Shown in pieces: positions 28,720 to 40,370 of a DNA stretch of 64,000 nucleotides. Numbering within the stretch: position 1 is the first letter of the stretch; each line of letters begins with the position of its first letter. The position numbers and the translations under genes were made by a program. The notes under the pieces were generated by a model. It saw only the letters and a list, made by a program, of their open reading frames with translations. It was not told the origin of the DNA and made no database searches. The stretch lies in the NCBI GenBank assembly GCA_963712865.1, contig CAVQJO010000013.1, positions 190,603 to 254,602 on the forward strand. The letters run 5' to 3'. The DNA comes from an uncultured Gaiellaceae bacterium. GTDB taxonomy: Bacteria; Actinomycetota; Thermoleophilia; Gaiellales; Gaiellaceae.

Positions 28720-29725
28720 ATGGGCAACGACAACGGCGGGGCGGCCGCCATCCGAGACGGCAGCCAGGCTGCTCGCCAACATCGAGACGGTCGTCCGCGG
28801 CAAGACGGAGGAGATCAAGCTCGTCCTCACCGCACTCGTCTGCGGCGGCCACGTCCTGCTGGAGGACGTGCCGGGCACCGCGAAGACGGTGCTCGCGCGG
28901 GCGATCGCCGGCAGCGTCGAGGGCGCGACGAACCAGCGCATCCAGTGCACGCCCGACCTGCAGCCGACGGACGTCACCGGCCTCTCCGTCTTCGACCAGA
29001 AGGAGCGCGACTTCGAGTTCCGGCCCGGGCCCGTGTTCGCGAACGTCGTCCTCGTCGACGAGATCAACCGGGCGATGCCGAAGACGCAGTCGGCGCTCCT
29101 CGAGGCGATGGCCGAGCAGCAGGTGACGATCGACGGCGTCACGCGGGCGCTGCCCGACCCGTTCCTCGTTCTCGCGACCGAGAACCCGATCGAGCAGGAG
29201 GGCACGTTCCCGCTGCCGGAGGCCCAGCTCGACCGCTTCTTCCTCCGTACCGCGCTCGGCTATCCGAGCGAGGACGACGAGCTGGCGATCGTCGAGGCGC
29301 AGCGGCACGCGCATCCGCTGACGACGCTGCGGCCGGCGCTCGGGCTCGACGACGTCCACGCGCTCCGCGCCGCGGTCGAGGCGGTCTACGTCGACGACGC
29401 GATCCGCCGCTGGACGATCCAGTTCGTGCGCGCGACGCGCGAGGTCGAGGGCATCGCGATCGGCGCGTCGGTTCGCGGCAGCCTCGCGCTCGAGCGCGCG
29501 ATCAGGGCGTGGGCGCTCCTCGACGGCCGCGACTACGTGACGCCGGTCGACGTCGAGCGGCTCTTCCTGCCCGTCGTCCTCCACCGGATCGTCTTCACCC
29601 CGAGCTTCGTCGCGACCGCGCGCGAGATCGGCTGGGACGCGGCCTCCGCGGGTCTCCGCGAGCAGTGCCTGGCGCTGGCGCCGAGGCCGGGTGCCGAGCT
29701 CGAGGCCGTGGCGAGCCTGACCTAG
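28720..29725 (+). CDS. MoxR-family AAA+ ATPase, one apparent frameshift
   Basis: HVLLEDVPGTAKT (Walker A), VVLVDEINRA (Walker B), FLVLATENPIEQEGTFPLPEAQLDRF. N-terminus MGNDNGGAAAI joins ETAARLLANIETVVRG across a junction near 28752. Confidence 0.85.
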
Positions 29726-29726
29726 C

Positions 29727-30610
29727 TTGAGCGCGACCTTTCCGCTCATCCCCGGCGCCGCGTGCTCGGGCTCGCGTTCGGCGGCCTGCACAGCATCCGC
29801 CGCGGCCACGGCTCGGACGTCGCCGCCTCGCGCCCGTACCGGCCGGGCGACGACATCGGCAAGATCGACTGGGCCACCTCGGCCCGGCTCTCGCTCGCCC
29901 GGGGGACGGACGAGTTCGTCGTCCGCGAGCACTTCGCGGAGGAGGCGCCGCGCGTCGTCGTCCTCTCCGACCGCCGGCCGTCGATGGCGCTCTTCGGCGA
30001 GGAGTGGCCGTGGCTGCACAAGCCGGCGGCGATCAGGCAGGCGGTGCGCCTGATCGGCGACAGCGCCGTCGCCGCCCGCGGCCTCCTCGGCTACTACGAC
30101 GAGGGCGAGCCCGAGCCGTACTGGCACCCGCCGCGCAGCGAGGGCGAGATCGGCCGGCTCGACTTCGATCGCCCGTTCGGCGCGCCGGAGGGCACGGTCA
30201 CGAGCGGCCTGCGGCACCTGATCGAGCAGCGGCGCGACCTGCCGGCCGGCACCTTCGTCTTCGTGCTCTCGGACTTCCTCGTGCGGCCGGGCCGCGACGA
30301 CTGGCTCTGGGCGCTCGAGCGCCGGTGGGAGATCGTGCCCGTCGTCATCCAGGATCCCGTCTGGGAGCAGAGCTTCCCCGACGTCGCCGGCCTCGTGGTG
30401 CCGTTCGAGGGCGCGGGCCTCGTGCGGCTCTCGCGGGCCGAGGTCGCGCGCCGGCGCGAGGCGAACGAGGAGCGGCGGCAGACGCTCCTGCGCGACCTGC
30501 GCGCGCTCGATCTCGACCCCGTGCTCGTCTCGTCGCACGAGCCCCGCGACGTGCTCTTCTCGTTCCTCAGCTGGGCCGACCAGCGGCTCTTCACGCAGGG
30601 GGCGCGCGTG
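29727..30610 (+). CDS. DUF58 protein (MoxR partner), one or two apparent frameshifts; 3' end uncertain
   Basis: TTG 29727 directly after the moxR stop. FPLIP-RRRVLGLAFGGLHSIRRGHGSDVAASRPYRPGDDIGKIDW is the DUF58 hallmark. Single-base loss near 29750. The frame runs into the next gene without a stop. Confidence 0.75.
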
Positions 30611-31540
30611 AGGCGGGCGGCGCTGCTGCTGCTGACCGCTCGTGCGTGTTCGCCGCGGGCTGCAGCGAGGAGGAGGACGCGACGGCGCCGCCGCCGGGGC
30701 GCTTCGTCGCGACGAGCCGCGCGCTGACGCCGACCGCCCATCTCTTCGGCGACCCGGTCGAGGCGCGCGTCGACGTGGTCGTGAACCGCAAGCGCCTCGA
30801 TCCGGACGGCGTCGAGCTGCGCGTCGACTTCCTGCCGTACCGGCTCATCGACGGCGGCATCCGGCGCAGCCGGCGCGACTTCTCCGCGCTTCACGCGGCG
30901 TGCGCTTCGAGATGACGCTGCGCTGCCTCACGATTCGCTGCGTCCCGAGCCGGATCGCGAGCGTCCTCGGCGACCAGGAGGGCCGCGGCGAGCGGCGCAC
31001 CTTCCGCTTCGAGCCTGCGCGCGTCGTCTACGACGATCCCAAGACGCGGCGAGGAGCGGCACCTCCGGCGCGTGTGGTGGCCGCCGCTCGACGCGATCTC
31101 CGGCGCTGAGCGCGACGAACTCGGAGGTGGGAAGTGGCTCGTTCACCGCGTTCGCGCCGGGAGCCGAGTTCAAGTCGACGGTCGCGCCGGCGCTCGAGCC
31201 GGGTTACCGGCTGCCGCCGCCGCTGCTCGCGACGTTCCTCTTCGGCGGCCGCCGCGCTCGTGCTCGCCTTCCCGGCGACGCTCGTCGCACGCGAGCTGCG
31301 GCGCCGCCGCCCGCCGCCCGAGGACGACAGGGAGCTGCCGCCGCTCGAGCGCGCCCTCGCGCGTCGTCGAGTGGGCGGGGCGAGCCGGTGACGAGGAGGA
31401 GCGCCGCGAGGCGCTCGAGGCGCTCGCGTTCGAGCTGGACGCAGCCGGCGAGGAGAGCGAGGCGCGGGAGGCGCGTGCGCTCGCCTGGGCCGCGGAGGAG
31501 CCCGCGCCAGAGCGGATGGCGGCGCTCGTCGAGCGTCTGA
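30608..31540 (+). CDS. Putative lipoprotein with C-terminal TM helix, about six frameshifts
   Basis: VRRAALLLLTA..VFAAGC lipobox after a junction near 30640. Later pieces VELRVDFLPYRL, VRFEMTLRCLTIRCVP, WWPPLDAIS, PPPLLATFLFGG..ALVLAFPATLV, REALEALAFELDAAGEE. Confidence 0.45.
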
Positions 31541-31550
31541 GGAGGTGCGG

Positions 31551-32379
31551 ATGGAGCTCCCGCTTAGGCTCCCGCCGCCGATCCCGACCTCGGAGCCGCG
31601 GACGCTTCGAGCGCGTGCGGCGCACGCGCTGCGGTCCTGCGCGCGGCGCTCGGCGCTCGCGCTGCTCGCGGTCCTCGCGCTCGCGTTCCTCCAGGCGCGC
31701 AGCATCGACCCGCGCCATGCGCCGCTCGTCCCCTCCGGCACGACCGGGATGCTCGTGCTCGATCTCTCGGCGAGCGTCTACGAGGACGCGATCGGCCAGA
31801 CGATCCGGAAGCTCGTGTCGCAGGGCGAGGAGACCGGCGTCGTCGCCTTCTCCGACGCGGGCTACGAGCTGCTGCCGCCGGGGACGCACGCCGCGCGAGC
31901 TGCTGCCGCTGCTGCGCTTCTTCAACCCGCAGGCCGCGACCACCACGGGACTGCTGCCGGTCGACCCGTGGCAGGACTTCCGCGCCGGGACGAGGATCTC
32001 CGAGGGGCTCAAGGTCGCGCACGCGGCGCTGGAGCGGGAGGGCGTGCAGAAGGGCTCGGTCGTCCTCGTCAGCGACCTCGAGATCCTGCCCGACGAGGTC
32101 GTGCGGCTCGGCGACGTCGCCGCCGACCTGCGCGCCGCCGGCTTCGGGCTCCGGATCGTGCCGCTCTTCCCGACCCCCGAGAAGTACGCGCGCATCCGGC
32201 AGATCGTCGGCGCGTCGTCCTTCCTGCGCGAGTCCTCGGAGGCATCGCCCGTCGCGGCGCCCGAGGGCCGGAGCCTCGCGCACGTGGTGCCGTGGGCGTT
32301 TCTCGCGCTCGCAGGCCTGCTCGTCGCGCTCCTCGCGGTGAACGAGGGCGTCCTCTCGCGGCTGGAGCTGCGGCGATGA
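31551..32379 (+). CDS. VWA-like membrane protein, one apparent frameshift
   Basis: GGAGG 31539-43, then ATG 31551. MLVLDLSASV (MIDAS-like DxSxS), VVAFSDAGYELLPPGT, junction near 31885, GSVVLVSDLE. C-terminal TM helix. Confidence 0.6.
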
Positions 32380-33006
32380 GGTGGCGCAGGTGGGCGATCT
32401 GGATCGCCGCCGGCCTCGCCGTCCCGCTCGGGCTCGCTCTCGCGCTCCTCGCCGTCGACGTCCTGCGCGTGCCGCGCGACATCGCCGCCGACGACGTGCG
32501 CTTCCAGGCGGCACCGCGGATCAGGCGCGATCTCTGGGACAGCGCCGGCTTCCTGCCCGGGACGCCCGGCGTCCGGCTGCTCGGCGCCGGCGACGACGTC
32601 GCTTCGCGCAAGGCGATTGCGCTCTTCGCCCTCATCGACCCCGCGCGGGTGCAGATCCGGACGCCCGAGCAGGAGGCGATTCGGGGGCGCGCGCAGCTGG
32701 AGGTGACCCTGCGCGCCCGGGACGGCGGCAGCGCGCGCCTGCACAGCAGGCACCTCAACCTGCTCGGCGTGCTCACGATGGCCCGGTACAGCACGTCGGG
32801 GCCCGAGTCGACCAGATCATCTCCCGCGCCCTCGGCGCGTTCCAGACCGCGATCGAGGTCGACCCGACGAACCTCGACGCGAAGAAGAACCTCGAGATCC
32901 TGCTGCGGCGGCCGGAGGCGGTGACGATCTGCCGCCGAACGACCCGCTCCAGGGCGGCGCGCAGGGACGCTTCTCGGGCCAGGGCCGCGCCGGCAGCGGC
33001 TACTGA
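32376..33006 (+). CDS. Membrane-anchored TPR-like protein (BatC-like position), about two apparent frameshifts
   Basis: ATGA overlap with the upstream stop. N-terminal TM MRWRRWAIWIAAGLAVPLGLALALLAV. ALGAFQTAIEVDPTNLDAKKNLEILL is TPR-like. Junctions near 32800 and 32925. Confidence 0.45.
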
Positions 33007-33977
33007 TGGACCTCGCGTTCCTCACCCCGCTCGGCGCGCTCTTCGCGCTCGCCGCGCTCGTGCCGCTCGCGGTGCTCGCCCTGCGGGATCGCCGGGCGCG
33101 TCGCGTGCGCGCGGCGCTCGGCCTGCCGCACCCGCCGACGCGCGCGCTCCTGCGCCGCTCGCCGCCGCGCTGGCGGCGGTCGCCGTACTGCTCGCGCTCG
33201 CCGCGACGCAGCCGGTGATCGAGACGGACCGGACGGTGCGGACGCGGACCGACGCGGAGGCGTTCGTCGTCGTCGACGTCTCGCGCTCGATGCTCGCGGC
33301 CGCCGACGTGGGAGCGCCGACGCGGCTCGAGCGAGCGCAGAACCGTCGCCGAGACGCTGCGCTGCGCGTCTCCCGGAGGTCCCGGTCGGGCTGCTCTCGC
33401 TGACGGACCGTGTCCTGCCGCACCTCTTCCCGACCGCCGACGCCGCCGTCTTCGACGCGACGCGTCGAGCAGGCGCTCGGGATCGAGCGGCCGCCGCCCG
33501 CGCTCTTCGTTCTCGACCCGGGCGACGTCGCTCGAACGCGCTCGAGGGCATCCCGCGCCGCGACTTCTTCGCGCGGACGGCGCGCAAGCGGCTGCTCGTC
33601 GTGCTCACCGACGGCGAGTCGCAGGACGTGACGGACGACCTCCGCCGCGCGTACGCCCGCGAGCCGGCGATCGAGACGCTGTTCGTCCACGTCTGGGACG
33701 CCGGACGAGCGGATCTACGAGACCGGCGTCGCCGAGCGCGGCTACGACGCCGACCGCGCGAGCGTGCGCATGCTCGCGAACGTCGCCGCGCAGATCGGCG
33801 GCCGTGTCTTCCCGGAGAACGAGACGGACGAGCTCGCGGCCGCCGCCGAGGCGTACCTCGGCACCGGCGCGACGCGGGAGCGCGTGATCGAGGGCGAGCG
33901 CCGCGCGCTGATGCCGTTCGTGACGCTCGCTGGCGCTGCTGCCGCTCGGCTTCGTGCTGCTGCGCCGTAACCTCTGA
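33006..33977 (+). CDS. BatA-like VWA membrane protein, six or more apparent frameshifts
   Basis: MDLAFLTPLGALFALAALVPLAVL, AFVVVDVSRSM (DxSxS), LLVVLTDGESQD, FVHVWD, and a C-terminal TM. Stop TGA 33975-33977. Confidence 0.6.
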
Positions 33978-33981
33978 CCGC

Positions 33982-34796
33982 GTGCGGCTCTGCATGTTCA
34001 CCCCGATCGACCGCGATCTCGAGCGCGGCTGGCCCGGCCGGCTCGAGGGCGACCGCGTCGTCCAGCTCGCGGCGCAGACGCTGCAGTCGTTCTTCACCGG
34101 CGGCTCGTCGGCTCGCGAGCACGCGGAGTTCCCGCTCGACGAGGTGCGGCTGCTCGCGCCGGTGCTCGAGCCGCCCGCCGTGCGCGACTTCTACGCCTTC
34201 GAGCAGCACGTGCGGACGGCGCGGGCGTCGCGCGGGCTCGAGATGCCGCCCGAGTGGTACCGCCAGCCGGTCTTCTACTTCTCGAACCCGGCCGCGATCT
34301 ACGGCCCCGACGCAGGAGGTGCCCTATCCCGAGGGCACGGAGGAGCTCGACTACGAGCTCGAGGTCGCGGCGATCATCGGCGCTCGGCGGTGAGATCGGC
34401 GGCTTCACGATCATGAACGACTGGTCGGCGCGCGATCTCCAGCGCGCCGAGATGAGCGTCGGCCTCGGGCCTGCGAAGGGGAAGGACTTCGCCACCTCGC
34501 TCGGGCCGGTCGTCGTCACGCCGGACGAGTTCCCCGGCGACGAGGCCGAGATGGTCGCGCGCGTGAACGGCGAGGAGCGCTCGCGCGGCAACCTGCGCGA
34601 CCTCTACCACTCCTGGGAGCGGATCCGGGAGCACGCGGCGCGGAACACCGTGCTCCGGCCCGGCGACGTGCTCGGCTCGGGCACGGTCGGGACGGGCTGC
34701 ATCCTCGAGTTGGGCGACGGGCGCTGGCTGCAGCGCGGCGACGTGGTCGAGCTCGAGGTGGAGGGCATCGGCGTCCTCCGCAACACGGTCGCCTGA
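33982..34796 (+). CDS. Fumarylacetoacetate hydrolase (FAH)-family protein, two apparent frameshifts
   Basis: VFYFSNPAAIYGPDA-EVPYPEGTEELDYELEVAAIIG-GEIGGFTIMNDWSARDLQ...GPAKGKDF...GDVLGSGTVGTGC. Extra bases near 34312 and 34388. Confidence 0.75.
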
Positions 34797-34809
34797 GTAT
34801 CCTCTCGCC

Positions 34810-36005
34810 ATGCCCTTCTACCAGCGGCTCGGCGACGTCCCGCGCAAGCGGCACATCCAGTTCCGGGAGAACGGGACCCTGCTCACCGAGGAGGTGATGG
34901 GCCTCGAGGGCTTCACCGGGAACGAGTCGATCCTCTACCACCTCCACTCGCCGTGCCGCGTCAAGGAGATCGGCGACTTCGAGCCGATCGAGCGCGAGGA
35001 GTGGGTGCCGGACACGCACCAGCACCGGCTCATGAACACGAAGGAGATCGAGCCGGAGGGCGACGAGATCTCGGGCCGCCGCCTGCTGATGTGGAACTCG
35101 GACGTCGAGATCTCGATCTGCCGGCCCGCCGAGACGATGGAGACCTTCTTCCGGAACGGCGAGGGCGACGAGGTCATCTTCGTCCACGAGGGGTCGGGGA
35201 CGCTGGAGACCATCTTCGGCGACCTGCCCGTACAAGGAGGGCGACTACGTCGTCGTCCCGCGCGGCACGACCTACCGGTTCGTGCCGGAGGGACCGCAGC
35301 GGTACGTCGTCTTCGAGACGCCGGGCCTGATCGAGATCCCGCGCCGGTACCGGAACCAGTACGGCCAGATCCTCGAGGGCGCGCCCTACTACCACCGCGA
35401 CATCCACCCGCCGACGCAGCTCAACACCCATCGCGACCGCGGCGACTACGCGGTCAAGGTGCGCGTGCGCGACGGCTACCAGACCTACGTCCACGACTAC
35501 CACCCCTTCGACGTGGTCGGCTGGGACGGCTACCTCTACCCGTGGACGTTCTCGATCCACGACTTCGAGCCGATCACCGGCCGGATCCACCAGCCGCCGC
35601 CCGTCGCACCAGACCTTCGCCGGCCAGAACTTCGTCATCTGCTCGTTCTGCCCGCGGAAGCTCGACTTCGACCCGCTGGCGGTGCCGATCCCGTACCACC
35701 ACTCGAACCTGCAGTCCGAGGAGATGATCTATTACGTCTCCGGGAACTTCGGCTCCCGGAAGGGCGTCGACGTGGGCTCGATCACGCTGCATCCGTCGGG
35801 GCTCCCGCACGGCCCGCAGCCCGGGCTCGCGGAGCGCTCGATCGGCCTGCACGAGACGGGCGAGCTCGCGGTCATGTGCGACACCTTCCATCCGCTCAGG
35901 CTGTCGACGCTCGCGCGCGACCTCGACGACGGCAAGTACGCCTACTCGTGGTACGAGACCGGCGGCGAAGAGCCGTCGGAGGCGGGCCTCACCTCGCACC
36001 TGTAA
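34810..36005 (+). CDS. hmgA: Homogentisate 1,2-dioxygenase, two apparent frameshifts
   Basis: MPFYQRLGDVPRKRHIQFRENG...NESILYHLHSP...GDEVIFVHEGSGTLETIFGDLP-YKEGDYVVVPRGTTYRF...PITGRIHQPPPV-HQTFAGQNFVICSF...PYHHSNLQSEEMIYYV...LHPSGLPHGPQPG. Extra bases at about 35230 and 35606. Confidence 0.85.
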
Positions 36006-36006
36006 G

Positions 36007-36595
36007 ATGCGGCTCGTCCTCGACTGGGACGGGACGATCACCGTCCGCGACTCGCTCGTGCAGGTGATCGAGCACTTCGGCGAGCCCGCGCTGCTGCGGG
36101 AGCTCGAGCCGCGCGTCGGGGTCGACCTGACGCTCCACGAGGAGATCGCGCTCGAGTTCGAGGCCGTGCGGGCGCCGCTCGACGAGGTCGTCGCGTGGGT
36201 GCTCGAGCACGTGGAGGTGCGGCCCGGCCTGCACGAGCTCGTGCGTCGCCACGCGCCGGTCGTGATCTCGGCCGGCTTCCGTGAGCTGATCGAGCCCGTC
36301 CTGCGGCGCGAGGGGATCGAGGTCGAGCTCCTCGCCAACTCCGTCGAGCCGCGGCCGGACGGCTGGCGCGTCCGCTTTCGCGACGAGACGTCGTGCGCTG
36401 CCTGCGGCGAGCCGTGCAAGCGCGGCGGCCTCGCCGGCGAGCCGTACGTCTACGTCGGCGACGGCTACTCGGACCGCTGCGCGGCTCTCGCGGCAGACCG
36501 CGTCTTCGCGCGCGACGGCCTCGCGCGCTACCTCGACGGGCAGGGTGTCCCCTACGAGCCGTTCGAGGATCTGCGCGACGTGGTCGCGGCTCTAG
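36007..36595 (+). CDS. HAD-superfamily (subfamily IB-like) phosphatase; 3' end uncertain
   Basis: MRLVLDWDGTIT (DxDxT motif I), VVISAGF, YVGDGYSDRCAA. The ORF reads on antisense to the next gene, so the real stop is probably near the CTAG at 36592. Confidence 0.6.
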
Positions 36596-37690
36596 AACGA
36601 GCCGCTCGAGGAAGCCGTCGACCGGCGGTAGCGACCGCATCTCCTCCGCCACGCGCTGGGCCGCCACTCGATAGGAGTCGCGCTCGAGCACGCGCTCGAT
36701 CGACCGGCCGAGCTCGAGCATCGACGCGACCACCCCTGCGCCGGCGACCGCGATCCGCGCCCCGTTCGCGGGCTGGTCGCCGAACAGCGGCACCGTCACG
36801 AGCGGACAGCCGGCCGACATCGCGCTCAGCGTCGTGCCGGCGCCACCGTGGCCGACCATCGCCGCGGCATGGGCAAGCACGTCCGGCTCGCTGACCCAAC
36901 GCTCGACGTGGACGTTCGCGGGCACGTCGCCGAGCTCGACGTCGTTGCCGCCGGTCGAGAGGAGCACCCGGATCGGGCAGGTCGGCCACGGCCTCGAGCG
37001 CGGCCGCGTACACCTGCGCCGCGGGCGGGAACGTCGCTGCGACGCTACCGAAGCTGACGTAGACGAGCGGGCGCTCGTCGCACCGGGCCACCCGTCGGGC
37101 CACCAGTCGGGCAGAGCCTCGCCGCTCGCGTCGGCCGCGGGATGGCGGAAGCGCAGAGCCTCGTACGGCGACGGATCGATCGAACCGGGCCAGCACGTGA
37201 GGTACGGCGACTCCGCCACGCGTTGCGGCGAGCCCGGACCGACGCTCGTCGAGCACCGGCCCCGCGATCGCGAGCGCGTGCTCCTCCACGCCGCGGCGCC
37301 GACCGCCACGCGGGCGTGCGGAACACCGAGCTGCTCGGCCGCCGCGGCCGAGGCGTACTCCGACGCCTCGCGGACGACGAGGTCGGGGCGCCACTCCTCG
37401 ATCGCGTCGACGAGCGTCGGGAGCATGGCGTCGACGTTGAGGCGGGCGAAGATGATGCCGATGACGACGGGGTCGCCCTGACCGGGCGGGAGCGACGGCA
37501 TCCGGCCCCAGACCGGCCCCAGGATCTCGTCCGGCGGCGCCGCGCCCTCCCTGAACGGGTACCCGCGCGCCTTGAGCGTCGGCGGGCCGACGATCAGGAC
37601 GTCGCTGCCGGCCCCTGCGGCGGCATCGACGAACGGGATCAGCGTTCCGAAATGTCCCGCGCCCGCGGTCGAGGCGAACAGGATCCGCAC
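36590..37690 (-). CDS. GT1-family (MGT/UDP-glycosyltransferase) enzyme, five or six apparent frameshifts; 3' end uncertain
   Basis: MRILFASTAGAGHFGTLIPF, PDLVVREASEYA, RPLVYVSFGSVA, HAAAMVGHGGAGTTLSAMSAGCPLVTVPLFGDQPANGARI (UDPGT signature). Pieces lie in track ORFs 36038..37690 and 36552..37394. Confidence 0.7.
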
Positions 37691-37843
37691 CGGCTGAATC
37701 TATCGGGCGCCTCTATCGAGGGATGAACTTCACTCCCGCGAGGGACACCGCCTTACACCTCGCTGACGAACGGCCCACCGTTCGCTCACACCGGCTGCCG
37801 ATGGTCTCTGCACGCGAGGGGCACGCGACAGAAAGGACCACGC

Positions 37844-38412
37844 ATGAAGGTCAGCATCAGGGCGATCGCGGCACTCGCCCTCGTCGCTCTCCTCGCTCCG
37901 GCTGCGGCCGGCGCCAAGGAGACGCAGGTGAACGGCCCGGCGACACTCGCCGGCAAGGGCTTCTTCGGCGGCGAGCTCGGTATGTCGAAGGCGGACGGCC
38001 AGCGGCCGGTCAGGATCGCCGGTCGGGGCGGCTACGTCGGCTTCCTCGATCTCGGCGGCGACCTGAAGGTGCGCTGCCTCGGCGGCCGCCTCCAGAAGAC
38101 GGAGACCGAGCGCGGCGCGGCGTACCTCTGCAAGGGCCGCGGCGGCCAGGCGGTCGTGCTCGGCAGCCACTTCACCTTCCGCGGCTTCGCGCAGGCCTAC
38201 CGGGCGCACGTCCCCGAGGGTGCGCGCGGCACCTTCCACGGCCGCTTCGTCCTCTGCGCGCCGAGGTGCGCTGCGGACGAGCGCCCGGCTCGCCCGACGC
38301 GCGAGGCGCAGCCCGCCGAGCGCACGCCTGCCGAGCGGCCCCGGTCGAGCGGGACGACGAGGAGATCGAGACGGTCGACGAGCTCGTCGCGCTCCTCGGC
38401 GGCGACGAGTAG
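37844..38412 (+). CDS. Secreted hypothetical protein, one apparent frameshift
   Basis: MKVSIRAIAALALVALLAPAAAGA signal peptide. RBS GAAAGGA. Junction near 38340 into ...VERDDEEIETVDELVALLGGDE. Stop TAG 38410-12. Confidence 0.5.
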
Positions 38413-38427
38413 CGCGGGCGCGAGTTG

Positions 38428-38454
38428 GACTTAGTGTTGAAACAACACTAAGTC
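38428..38454. terminator. Perfect 12-bp hairpin between convergent genes (bidirectional terminator candidate)
   Basis: GACTTAGTGTTG-aaa-CAACACTAAGTC. Unusually AT-rich for this sequence. Confidence 0.55.
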
Positions 38455-38464
38455 GGCGCGGCCG

Positions 38465-39500
38465 CTACGAGAGCCCGGCCTCCCGTAGCGGCCGCCGCGC
38501 CCACGCGAAGCGCTCGGCGTACCAGCCGTCGAGCGGGTGCAGCGTCGTGCCGTACCGGGAGGAGTGGGCGAACCAGCCGCCGCCCAGGTAGATCGCCGCG
38601 TGGCCCACCTGCGACGGGGTCGACCGCGGGCCGCCGTCGCCCTGGAAGATGACGTCGGCGGGCTGGAGGTTGGCGAGCTTCTTGATCCGCCTGGCCGGGC
38701 CGACCTCGCCCGCGAGCTCGTACGTGGAACGGCCGCGGAGCACCGTCGCGAGCGTGGACGCGCCGGCGAACGGCTCGAGCTTGAAGACGCGCCAGATGTA
38801 GCCGGAGCAGTCGAAGCCGCCCGGCACGGCCGTCGCCCAGCGGCTCCTGGGGCAGCTCCGACGTGCCGCCCCAGATGTACGGGTAGCCGACGAACGAGAC
38901 CGCGCGCCGGAGCACGCGGCGCTGCCAGTCGGTCAGCGGCGGTAGCACGAAGGTCGCGACGTCCTCGCGAATCGACTCGAGCTCCTCGTCGGCGACGCGG
39001 AGGACGCGGGCGAGCGAGAAGGCCGCCTCGGCACGCGTTGCCGGGTCGTTCGGCCCGAGCTCGAGCGTGTCGCTCCCCTGCGGATGGTTGAACCGGAGAC
39101 CGAGCAACCTGGCGACCGTCTCCGTGCCGGCGCCGGCCTTCGGCGCGAGCCCGGCGGTGCGCAGCTCGGCGGTGATCGCCCGGGCGGCGTCGCCGAGCCC
39201 GAGGAAGCCGACGAGAGCCGCGTCGAGCTGCCGGATCGTCAGCGGCTGCTCGGGCAGCGCCGGCGCGTAGCGGAACGTCGTCGTCCGGCCGAGGTCGAGC
39301 TCGAGCACCGAGAAGGCCTCGGCGAGAGCCGCTCCGGTGAGGGGCTCGTCGGGCCGAAAGGTCGCGACGCTCGGCGCGAGCAGCCCCGCGGCGACGACCT
39401 GCTTGATCTGCGGTTGCGCCCAGGACGGCTTGGCTGCGCCGGCCGCGCCGGACACGAGGGCAGCACACAGCGCGGCGACGAGTGCGGCGAGGACGCGCAT
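38465..39500 (-). CDS. Secreted NlpC/P60 cell-wall hydrolase, one or two apparent frameshifts
   Basis: MRVLAALVAALCAALVSGAAGAA signal. YPYIWGGTS...GGFDCSGYIWRVF (catalytic Cys)...GHAAIYLGGGWFAHSS. Junction near 38830. Confidence 0.75.
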
Positions 39501-39547
39501 GGGGCGTTCATCGGCAGGGAGCCACCACGCCTTGAAAGCATGGCCGC

Positions 39548-40370
39548 GTGGCCCTTCTGCCGGTGCCGGAGCCGTACGACTTCGCCCGCTCGACCGAGCG
39601 CTTTCGCGTCTTCGGCGTCGACCGCTCCACGCTCTGGCACGAGGGCGGCCTGCACCGGGTCGTCGCCGGCCGCGAGGTGCGGATCGAGCCGGCGCCGGGC
39701 GGCGTCGACGTCGAGCCGCTGCGACGCGCGCCATCGCTGCCGAGGTGCGAACCCTGCTCGGGCTCCCGTTCGATCTGGCCGGCTTCGCAGAGTGGGCGCG
39801 CGCGCGATCCGGTGCTCGGGCCGCTCACGACCGATGCTCGCCGGCTTCCGGCCGCCGCTCGAGCCGAACCCGTTCGAGGCCCTCGTCATCTCGATCACGG
39901 CCCAGCAGGTCTCGCTCCAGTCGGCCTTCGCGATCCGCGGCCGCTTCGTCGAGCGCTTCGGCGAGCGGGGCGAGCTCGCCTACGCCTTCCCGACGCGGGA
40001 GCGGGTCGCCGCGGCGAGCGAGGACGAGCTCTTCGCGCTCGGCTTCTCGCGCCGCAAGGCCGAGTACGTGATCGGGCTCGCCCGCTCCGAGCTCGACCTC
40101 GACGACCTCGATCGGCTGCCGGACGCGGAGATCGCGGCGCGGCTGGTCGCGATCCGCGGCCTCGGCGAGTGGACGGCCGACTGGTACCTCGCGCGGCACC
40201 TCGGGCGGCCGCATGCCTGGCCCGCCGGCGACCTCGCCCTGCGCAAGGCGGTGCGGTTCTTCTATGGTCAGGTCGAGGACGTCCGCTCGTTCGGCGCGAC
40301 GCTCGACCCGTTCCAGAACCTCTCCGCCCACTACCTCCTCGTCGGCCTCCGCATCTCGCCACCTCGATGA
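39548..40370 (+). CDS. HhH-GPD DNA glycosylase (AlkA-like 3-methyladenine glycosylase II), about three apparent frameshifts
   Basis: NPFEALVISITAQQVSLQSA, LVAIRGLGEWTADWYLAR, WPAGDLALRKA. Junctions near 39722, 39800 and 39835. Confidence 0.7.
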
